64,000 nucleotides of DNA, from the IMG/VR virus record IMGVR_UViG_3300020442_000006, positions 1-64,000 of that record; one strand, written 5' to 3'. Source of the stretch: a virus. Shown piece after piece: positions 27,453 through 39,400 of the stretch. The position numbers and the translations under genes are program-made. Every line of letters begins with the position of its first letter. Positions within the stretch are counted from its first letter, which is position 1. Under the pieces are notes generated by a model. That model was not told where the DNA came from. It was given only the letters and a program-made list of their open reading frames with translations, and searched no databases.

Positions 27453-30400
27453 TTAGTTGTCATCAAAGATCTGGTCGGGACTGAAGTTGTCCAAGGTAGT
27501 TGATCCAATGTTGATAGTGAGAACTGCGGAGTTAGAAAGTGTTGGGGTTGCACCTGCTGCGGTGAGACCACATCTGAATTCGTCACCTCCATCTGCCTGT
27601 GTGGTAACAGGAGTTGTGTATGAAGGAGATGTAGCACCGTTAATGTTGTTCCAATCACTCTCACCGTAGTTCTTCTTCTGCCACTGATAAGCGATTGTGC
27701 CGCCTACAGGGACTGTAGAAGCGATGACTGTGAAGGATGCCACTTGACCTTGGTTAACAGTTGTGTTAACTGGTTGTGACTCGATAACGATTGCCTGTTC
27801 ACCCTGTGCCTGAGATTCACCTGGGGGAACGTAGTTAGGATCATAGATGTCGATACCACCGTTGACTCCAACACCTGAAGGTGCGAAGAAGTTATCAGGA
27901 ACGGTAGTGTTCACATTGATTTTTGGTTGTACATAACCTTGACCTGCGTTCTTCACGTCAATGCGTGCGAGACCAACAAGTGCCTTGATGCGTGCACCAA
28001 AACCAGAGGATGAAATCACATCCACGTTAGGACGTGAATCGTAACCATCACCAGAGTTTGTAAGGATTGCTTCAGTAACACGACCCTTCTCGATTGTTGC
28101 AAGAGCAGAACCGTTACGTCCCTTAACAGCACCTGAGTATTCGAATGTGATAAGTGAGTTAGAAGATTCAATCAGAGCAACCTCTCTACTCTCATCCTCA
28201 CCTTCGATCTGCAGAATGTCACCTGCCTCAACAGGAGGAACGACAGTTGCAGCGATAACGTCAACGTCAGAACCGATGTAGGAGAAGGCAACGAAGGTTG
28301 AACCTGCACGAGGAACTTCAGAGAAGATGATTCTAGAACCAACGATCTCGAAACCAATTCCAGGTTCCTGAATAACACCGTTCAACTGACAGATGATGTT
28401 GTTTTCAGGGAGGATAGTGTTGGACTGTACACCGTCAGTCAGTGTAAGTGAGTAGAACACACCACCAAGTTTCAAGTTGAAGGAGTTCCTCAAGGAGTCG
28501 AAGTCGAATGAGATGTCATCCAACTGTCTCAACTTACCAACGTACACACCGTGGAATGTAGATCCAACAGCAGGTGCCTCAGTGAACTGGATATTGTCGG
28601 AGAACGCTGTGTAAGCGTTGTTACCACCAGGAGGTTGGAGAATACCATTCACGAAGATCATCATATGACCTGCAGGATCTGGGAAGTATGCAGTACCGTT
28701 TCCAGTGGTCAACTTGAAGTTCTGCTGAACACCGTCAAATCCTCTGAAGAATCTCTTCACACGCCCGCGTAGAGTCTTAGCAACTGAACACGCTGCTCTG
28801 AATCCAAAGTCACCAACAATCTGAGCATTCTTAACGAATGTTCCAGAAGTATCACCAAGGTGAATGATCAAGCGAAGACCGATTTGTTGGATCTTCTCAA
28901 TCTTACCGTAGGCAGTTGTTGGAGTTTGTGTGACTAATGTAATACCAGATGTGTAAACGCTTGGGAAGTTAGATCCAGGTGGAATCTTAGCAAGTTGATA
29001 TGCTGAGTCATTTGCGATGACGCTAAGGTTATCACCAATGCTCACGAAACGACCAGTCTCATTTGCGAGGTAAATTTCGTTATTTTGAATGTCGTGTTCA
29101 GTAACAACGAAGGTATGACCAACAGACTGACCAGAGTTTTGGAGTTGTAGTACATCACCAACTTCGAATGTGTCAGTAACACCTGTATCAGTGATCAATC
29201 CTGCGTATGTAAACTTAGTAATCTCGGTAGAATGGATGTACTCACCGAATCCTGGGAGGACTGAGAATGATTCAACCTCGATAATTTGATCAGTAACAGA
29301 ACCGTAGATAACGTCATTAGGAGCAAATTCACCCTTAACAGTTTCAATGTCATAGGTAATTCTACCTGATTGGTTATCAACCAGAGCACCATCGTTGTTT
29401 CTAACGATAAGAGCGTTTGCTTTACCTGAATCTTCCTTAGAATAAAGGATGTCAGTAGCAATAAACTCACCTTGCTTGAAGTTGACAAGCAATCTGTCGT
29501 GCATTCCAGTGTTAACTGTAGCAGTTGCACCTGAAGTTACGCCCTCAATATTGTCAGTAGCAGCAAATGAACCACTGGTCATTTGTACTTTTATGTAAGT
29601 TGCGTTGTCGGTAGCGATAATCTTACCTGCATTACCTGTAGCACCAGTCTTAACGATGTCCTCACCGTTAGCAAATACTTCAGGAGCAGATGTAACTGTA
29701 ATTGGAAGATACTTAACTTTGTAGTTAACAGCAGCAAGGTTGTCCTGAACTCTGATAACTTCAGCGTATGCACCTGATGTTGTTCCGTAGAAGATGTCAG
29801 CAGGTTCAATACCACCAGATGTAGGTGTAGGAATAACACGATCACCGTAAGTGGTTGGAATCCTAGTGACACCAGTCTCTCTGGCGACAGAGAATGTGTG
29901 GATTTCACCTGGGAGACCTGGAGTTAGAGATGTAAGTTTGTGTCCATCAATGTATTCTGCCAAGTAGATGTGGGTTGAAGTAGTATCTGGGTGGATGTAG
30001 TATGACGCCCTGTCAAGTTCCACAATGTTTGTACCCAAGACAGTGTAATTAACTCGATCATATGCTTCAAATGGGTGATTTGGTTTATGGATAGAACCAT
30101 CAGAGTTCACATCAACACCAACGTCAATCGCTTGCTTAAGATATACAGTTGGCAACTTAGATTCTGCAAGAGCAGTGTAAACCAAATGCCACAACTGCTG
30201 AATCTTATGTACAGCGGTCATTGTTGGACGCATCTCTCTGTCCTTGTAGAGAGATTCAAAGTTATAAGTTCCTGGTTCAGGAGCAGTGCCAGAAAGGATA
30301 TGAGTGATCATATCTGTGGTTGCTTCTGCGTGGAAGATCAAGTAGGTTCTGAAGATGTTAGGGAATGCGACGAAATTACCCTCGGCATCAAACCAACTGT

Positions 30401-33400
30401 TGATTAACTGGACGGTCATAGCATTACCGTCAGTCAACATATCGTAAATGTATGCTTTTCTAATGGAATCACCGAATGACTGATCACCCGTGTATCCTGC
30501 ATACTGATTCATTGTCTTATAGTATGCCTCTCTATTAATATACTGATCATTGATGGCAATAAGACGTGTTGCTTGACGATACATCTCAGGAGCAGATCCC
30601 AGTGTATCCTCAAGAAGATCAAAGAGAACGTTAGCAGCAGATGTCACGTTATAGCAGACACCACCACCGAACAGTAGAGTGTTGTTCTGTACAGGTGTGT
30701 TTCTAGTAATACCTTGGTTAGTAAAGTAACTACCATTACCTGCAGCAGCATCTTTAACAACGCCGATAACAATATCAAAGAGAGAACTGATAGTTGAAGA
30801 TTCAACGTTACAAGCACCCTGACCTGCCTGATCATATGTGATAGTAAGATCACGAACAGCGGCACGCTCACCTGTCAGTGGCCATTCGCCTGGCAGCGTG
30901 CGGGCAATGCCATCTATGTAATTTTGTGGGTTACTTGTACCAGTGTTGAACAGATCTATAGTAATTCCCATCAATGTTGTGATAGCAGATGCCTGTGAAG
31001 CACATCTTGTTGCTCCACCACCACCTGTGATCCAACTAATTGAGTTAGTTGTAGAACTGACGAATGTGTGGTTATAGTTACCACCACCCTGTACAGCGTT
31101 AGATACAGCAGATACGAATGTATGAGGATACTGTTCGCTAGAAGGTGAAGGGTTAACATTAACCTTGATTCGACCATTCTTAAATCTGATTCCGTTTGCA
31201 ACTGCACTTGTAAATGTGTGAGTGTAGTTACCACCTGCAGAAATTGCATTGGTTGTAGCACTTACGAATGTGTGTGTAGTTGTGTTGGTTGAAGGAGTTC
31301 TACCAGAGGCAAGAACGTTGACTGTGACTGTAGTTGCAGTAGCAGCAGTAACTTCAAGAGGAACATCGTATGCTCTATCCTTCTTCCAAGTAACACCACT
31401 AGATGTTGCTGAAATGAAGTTGTGAGCAGTAACGTTAGTTGAAGGAATACCATCAGAAAGAAGAACCTGAACCTTAAAGGTATTGGCAGTTACGTTAGAG
31501 ATTTCCAACCAAGAGTTTGATGCAGGGTCACTGCTTCTTGGATATGTGTGATCTGACTGATAGTTATCCTCTGCACATCTAAAGGTTAGAGAGTTATCAG
31601 CAATCTTGATTTGATCACCATTAGAGAACCCGTGCTGAGGAATGGTCAGCGTCATAATACCAGTTGTGCCATTATATTCAGCACCTGTAACTGTATGAGT
31701 TGTAGTTGTAGTTCTAGGATATGAGTGGTTGGTTTGGTTATCGTCTTCCTCACAAGTAAAGGTTAGTGAGTTAGGTTGGATCTTAAGATGTGATCCAGTA
31801 ACAAGACCGTGACCTTGACCCAAAGTCAGAACCATATTTCCTGTAATAGGATTGTATGCAACGTTTGAAGGTGTGAAGTTGACTGTACCTGTAGTACCAA
31901 CGTTTACAGTGAATGTATTTGTAGTTACGTTACCAACAGGAAGATACTTGTTAGCAGCAGGGTCAGATACACGAGGATATGAATGAACAGTGTAGTTGTT
32001 GTCCATATCACAAGTGAAGTTCAGAGAATTGTTAACAATCTGAACGTTGTCCCCGTTAGAGAACCCGTGGTTAGGAACTGTAAGTGTAAGAACACCAGTT
32101 GAAGGAACGTATGCTGCACCAGTTGCAGTAAACTCAGAATCTCCAATCTCAAGAACAGTTAGAGATCTACCAGATGCATAGTCAGTGGAACGAGGATATG
32201 AGTGGTTTGTAGCATTACCATCCTTGGTGCAAGTAAATGTAATTGCATTATCAGGTAACTTGACGTGTCTACCAACATCCAAGGTGTTGGAACCGATGTC
32301 AAGGAACATATCACCAGTTGTTTCATTGTATATTGCATTAGTTACATCGTAGTTAACGTTAGTAGTTGTACCAACATTGACTGTAAATGTAGAAGATGTA
32401 GAACCTGTAACGGGGAGAAGAGCACCGTTTGAAGGATCAAGAGGTCTTGGATAAGTATGCTCTGTCTGATTACTGTCAAAGTCACAAGTAAACTTCAATC
32501 CATAAGTTGCAATTTGAACAGCATCACCTGTTACCAGACCGTGACCAGTCTTAGTCAAGGTCAAATCACCTGTTGCAGGATTGTAAGTTGCGTTTGTAGG
32601 AGTTAACTGACCAGTCTGTGAACTACTGGAGTCAATAGTAATACCAGTATCATACTGAGCATAACCTTCAGTGTAACCATTGACAGAAACCAACTGCTGT
32701 CTCATCACCTGAATGGCGATGTCACGTGCCTGTTCGAAGATGTACTTAACTTCAGTAGACTGTGAATTGATGTGCTGAATAGCGTTTGCATCAGTGATAT
32801 AGAATTCAGTTGCATACCAAACCTTGTTATTACCACCGTGCTTGAGGTTCCACGCCATTGCCTCAAGGATGTCAATAACATCATCGATACAAGACTGATA
32901 ACCATAACCACCAAATGTAAGGTTAGGATACTGAGCATATCCACGTCCTACAGCAGTAGAAGCGATGAATCTCAAATTATTGAGGATCTCGTTACCTGCA
33001 TCGTAGTCTTTATTAGTAGTAGCGTTATTATCATAATCACCACGTGGAACTCCACCACCAATGGCATTTCCACCTTGTCCACCGCCACCACCTGCAGTAT
33101 TATCTTCGAAGGGAGTAAACCCAAGTTTATTGCGGATCGCGAGAATTGACATATCTCTTGCCATCTTATAGGCATAGATTGTCTCTTGTGATTGACCAGT
33201 GACGTGCTTAAGACCCATATCTGTATTCAGATAGAGTGCAGCAGCATCATATACTTCGCTGTTAGAAGAGAATCTCAAGTCGTGAGCAACAGAGTTGATG
33301 AAATCAACGATGTCGTCTTCACAATGAACCTTACCACCAGGAACTCTGAAGTTGTAATGCTTGAATGCAGAGGTCTTAGTTACAATGTCAACTGCCTCAG

Positions 33401-36400
33401 CAGCAATGGTACGAGCATTTCTTTCAATAATATTGGCAGAGTCTAGTGCTCTGTGAGTACCTTGGAAGATCTTAGGATCAGGAGGATAGAATGTGCTCTC
33501 AGTAATAACACTGTCAGTCAGATCATAGTTAACAGCAGGATCATACTCTTTTCTGTATGCACTAAGGTCACTGTACTGAAGTTGATAGAAATCATCAACA
33601 GTATTAGGAGTTGTGCCTGCAATGTTAGCAATGTTCTCATTTCTACCAACCAAGAGGTTCTGAAGTGCTTTACTTGAAAGGAACTTAACGTGCTCAAGAG
33701 CATCCAGCATCGCCAGCAATTCATCTTCGATGTAGTTGATATTGCTTTGTGAATCAAGGTAAGAATCAATCATACCCTGAATATTTGAGTTACCACCAGT
33801 TAGAAGGTCTCCCGCAACAGCAGGAACGATGTGATCTCTAATATCTCTAACACACTTCGCTCTGCTAGGAATGTCGATCTTATCCTGTTGGATAAAGTTG
33901 ATCATAACATCCCATTCTGCCTCCATCATAGAGACTGCTTCATCAGCAATCACTGCACGGTTGAAGTAAAGAAGGTCAGCACCATCACGGAATCTGTGAC
34001 CAGTAGGTGCCATCACATCCAACATATCATCCACAAGATCCATAATAAATGTCTGGATCACTGTAGGTGCAGGAGTTGAGAAGTAATTAGGAATACGAAC
34101 ACGTTGTGTGTATTCTCCAGTCAAATCATCTTCATTCTTGGTAATAATGTCGATGCAAAGTTTGGCAACTTCACGCCAGGTATAGATTGACTGTAGAAGT
34201 TCACCATTAACGTGCTTCAGAGCACCTGATCCTTCCAAATATCCACGACCTGCAACAATAGTATTGAAGTTACCACCTAATTTAAGGTCATTAACGATTG
34301 CAGGAATGATGAATGAATGTGTGTCACGAATACACTTGTCAGTACCTTGAGTGGATGTTCCTGTATCACCTGGGATGAGGAATGCAGGATACTTCTCCTT
34401 CATACGACCAACTGCTTCTTCTGCAATCCAATAACGGTTCTTTTCAATAATATCAGCACAATCTCTGTAAATATCACGAGAAACATCAATTTCCTCAGTC
34501 ATAATCTCTTCACGCCAGAGTTCAACACCATCAGCGTTAGCAGAGGAGATGATAGTCTGTTGATATGTTGCGTAAACAGCAGCAAGTTCTACAGGGAAAG
34601 GTGCTTCGCCATTGAAACCGAATGACACGTCAAGTGCACGGAAATCATAAACGGTGGGGGGTATAAACCCACTAGAGTAGCTGGCGGTTCCTTTTCTAAC
34701 AATAAAGTTATCAATGTTACCTGTGAAAGTCTCACCGTTGTTCCAAGATGCACCAACAGCGATTGGTGAGTTACCATAATCAGAAGCGTCAGTATAATCA
34801 GACCCAACAGGTTGACCGTTGACAAACATCTTGGTAACGTTAGATGCTCTGGAAACAGCAATGTGATACCACTGATTTGCAGTAGGAATAGCACCTGCAG
34901 CAGTAATATGGTCAGTTGTAGCGATACCAAACTTCAGTGATGTACCTTGTAAGAATACTGAAGCAGCGTTACTACTGGATGCAGTTCTGAAATCAACAAG
35001 TCTCTGTGTTCCAGATACAGTTGTAGGATAGATCCACATCTCAACAGTGTAATCATTAACACCAAATGCAAATGCAGCATTGGAAGCGTGATTGATTCTG
35101 GAAGATGTACCACTGAATTCTAGTGATCCAGTACCAGTTCCAGGGTTCAATTTGTCAACAGTAACGTTGTTATAGGTGATTGTGGAGTTTGTGACGTACT
35201 CAGCGTCAGTAAATGAACCAGTAACACCCTTTGTATAGACCCACTTACTACCTGCATTGGTTCCAATGATCTCTGCAACAGCACCTGAAGACACACCTTT
35301 CAGTGTTTGACCGAAGTTGAAGAATCCACCAGATGATTTGTCCTTATAAGAATGCTTGATAGAACGAATTGTCTCACCCTCTTCGAAGGTGTACGCAGGT
35401 GCAATTCTAGGAACATTGCTAATAGACCACTGATAGGTAGTAGGATCGGCACCAGTAGGATCTTGTAAGGTATCAGTAATGATTCTGAAGAAGTTTGCAA
35501 CAGCAGATGTCTGAGCAACACAAGCATTTTCATTAGGAATAGTTGTTCTACCCTGTGAATAGTCTGCCTGAGGAGCAGTTTGAGTAACTGCTGCTTGGAA
35601 TGCTTCTCTAGTTCCTGGAGATGCAGTTGTACCAAGAGCATTGATGAGAATATCCATCAATGTTGTGATAGAAGCAGCAACTGCTTGACAAGTTGGACTT
35701 GCAGTGTCAGCAGTGATAGAAATAGTTACTTGGTTCCAATCGTGTGATCCTGCCTTGGTAACAGCAATATTTCTCATAATATCAAGAGACATTGCCTTTG
35801 CCTTAGTAAAGGAGTTGACAATAGTGTCTCTATCACCAGATGTCACACCATAGTGAAGAATTCTGTCTGTTGCTTCCCAGATGAAATCATTACCACCGTG
35901 GGCAACGTTATAAGCAAGTGCTTCAACAACATCTACGATGTCAGAGAGGCAATGCTCATCTCCACCAGATACGTTATATCCTGGGTTCTGGGTCTTAGCA
36001 TAGTGAAGTGACTCGTATGCAATAAACCATTTGTTAGCAAGCAACAAGGTTCTAGCATCACCGTGACTGTTACTTACAACCTCATATTCAGGAGTAATGG
36101 TAAGATCCTTCCACTGAGACAATGTTGTGAACTCTGTGGTGATATTAACCATATTAATGCACTTGTTAGCGAGATCTCTCGCTTGATTCATTGCATATAC
36201 AGTCTGAGGAACCTGTCCATTAACGTGATAGATGGTATTGTTCTGAACATAGAAGTTTGCAGCATCCCAGACTTCAGAGTTACCATCGTGCTCAAGTTGC
36301 CAAGCAATTAGATTGAGCATATCAACGATGTCGTCCTCACAATTAACTTTACCTGTAGGAACAGTAAAGGAGGGGTAGAAATCTAACATCTTACCCACCG

Positions 36401-39400
36401 CTTCTTCAGCGATGAATTTAGCGTTCTTAACTAGTGCCTCTGCAGCGTTGTTAGCACGGGTATCGGGTACAGTTCTAATAGATGAGTTACCGAAGTAGAT
36501 CTTCTTAAGTCTGATATTAGTGCCAGGTGCAAAGTCAGTACCAACTAGACCATCATAACGAATCTCTTGGTTTCTAACAGATTCGAAATCTAGGAAGTCT
36601 TGGTTGTTAGGTGACTCAGAATCATAGAGTTCAGTTGGGTTAATAACAGTTTCACCGATGTCATCAAGAATAACGTTCGGATATGTAATTGAAGGAACTC
36701 TCTGGAAGACAAGAGCAAAGAAACTAGATGAAGGTGAAAGGTCAACAGTATCGATGATCTGCTCTGAAACCTCGTCCTGATAAGGAGAGATAGCAGAAAC
36801 AGTTGCTGCAATCTTAGATCTTGCAGAATAGATGACATCGTTGAACTTGATTTCAAATTCACCAGTTTCAAACTTAGCAGTACCAGATGTTCTAGAAACA
36901 ACTAAAGATGTGTTGATAGTACCATCGTCAAGGTTGTTTTCTTCAATAATTGCAAACTTACCATCAAGGTTAGTGATTCTCTCACCTTGTTCGAAGATGG
37001 TTTTAGATGAGACAGGATTTACAGTATCAAGAGTGGAGTTGAATCCAGTAGCACTGCTAAGAACTGACTCACCAGACTGGAAAGTACCCTCAATGTCAAT
37101 AACATCGATGTAATCAGTACCAGAGTCGATTACAACAGCAGTTGCCTCTGAAACAAGACCTCTGACTCTATTACCAGTCAACGGGAAGATACCACCGATA
37201 ACACTGAATGTTAAACGAGTGATTTGTAGTTGAGTAAAGTCAATATTTCTAAACTTAATTCTAGAAGGTGCCTTTGGAGGTTCAGAGAACACAATAGAAG
37301 GACCTGAAGTAGAGAATGAATCTCCAGGAGACTGTGCAACACCATTGAGAAGAACAAACATCTGATCTTCAGTTGCAGTGATAGAACTACCCTCAACATT
37401 CAATGGGAACTGAGTTCTTACACCATCAAAATCATCAGAAACGTTATCAATCTTCTTAACGATAGAAGTTAGAATTTCCTCAGAGTTAGTCAGTCTCTTC
37501 TGTCTGAAGAGCACCTCAGTGTTATTAAACTGGGTATAGATCGGTTGTGCGTTAGCAAATGATGTGATCTGGTTAATATTAGTAAATGCGTTGATATTAA
37601 CTTCTTTAATCAGATCAGAAACAACCTTTCTTCCTGAAATATCCTTACCACCTGTGATTGCCAATTCACCGAAGAGGTTGAAACCAACAGGGTGGTTTGT
37701 CTCAAGAACTGGTTTTCTCCACTGGTTAATAGGTGTTTCAGACTTAATAACATAAGAGAAGTTCTGATAGAAGTAAGAGTCCTGAATTTTCTGGACAATC
37801 TCAGAAGGTTTACCAACGTCATCAATAAACTGACCAGGTGTATTGGTTAGAGAGTCAATATTAAGAGTACCACGAGCGATTGATAGATTGTCAATCAAAC
37901 CAGAAGCACGAGAAACCTCACCAGTTACACGCTCACCTGGGGTCCAAACACCTTTATAGTTCTCAAGTTTCAGGATTCTAGGACCGATCTGCCAACCTTG
38001 GTTAGTAGAAACGTAACCAGTTGCAGATGCAAGTTCAAGAGATGAACCTTGATAAACAAGTTCACCCTCAAGGAATCTTGAAGTTTCAACAATAGCAGTT
38101 GCTTGACCACCAAACACTTCGGTCAAGAGAATCTGTCTACCTTCACCCTGTGTCAAGAATGTGATATAAGAACCAGATTCAGCGTCAAGTTTAGTCAGTG
38201 AGATACGAAGTTGGTCAGATTCAAGACCATTTGCCTCACCTGCAATAGCATAGTAAGTCTGAGATGAAGACAAACTAACCAAACCTGCAGAACTTGGTTT
38301 TGGAAGGATACCAACTGTAGATCCAAGGTCTTCTGCTCTCAACTGGATTTCAGCACCAGTTGTAATACCGTGTGGGAAGTTAAACTGCAGATAACCCAAG
38401 TCGATGTTAACAACATAGTTAAATTCTGACTTAAGTGTGACTGAAGGTTCAGAACTGTATCCTGCACCTGGATCTTTGATGATAACTTCAGAAAGTCTGT
38501 TGTTCTTAACAACTGCTTCTGCATTAGCACCTGATCCACCACCACCTTCGATTACAACAGCAGGAGTTGAGGTATAACCAGAACCAGGGTCTGTAATCTT
38601 GATTTCTGAAAGAATAGCGGTATTAAACAACTGAAGGTTCACGGGGAAAGTGATTTCAGGTCTCAGAGTGTAGTCGTGAGAATAACCGAAACCAAATTCG
38701 TTGTTCTTAAGTTTCTTGATACGTCCGATGCTCTTACCTTGTAGGAACACAGAAGCACCTGAACCTTCAGAAGGGATCACAACATCAAGTTGTGCACCAG
38801 AACCTGCAAGTAGAGGTCCAAGAATGCCAGGAATAGCATCAACATCAATGGATGCTGTGGTATAACCTTTACCTGCTGATGTCAAAACAACATCAGTGAT
38901 GACTCCTTCGAAGTCTCCATCATCGGTAACAGTGATATTACAAGAAGCACCTTCACCATCTCCACCGATAGGAACGTTATAGTAGACACCGTTAACATAT
39001 TCAGTACCACCATTCAGGATACGAACCTTTTCAATCTCTCTATTAGATGCAATATCAGTAACAATAGGAAGTTTTTGGTAGAATCCACCTGGGTTTACCA
39101 GTTTGATGGTTGCAATAGGTCCAATCGCCTTGAGTGAGGTTGTAGAATACAAGGAACGTGGGTTTCCGAACTCATTATTACCGACAGGAGCGTTAGATTT
39201 CTCTGGTTCAACCAAAAGTGGGAAGTCAAACTCCAATCCATCGTTAGAAACTCTATTAACAGTAAATGTACCTTGGTAAGGAGACTGAATAACGTCAATA
39301 AATGACCCTTCACCAACAGGAGAGTTGTCTGGTGTGGTTCTAGATGGGTCAAAATAGTATGAAATGTTAGTAACATCGTCATTAATGATGAATTTAACCA

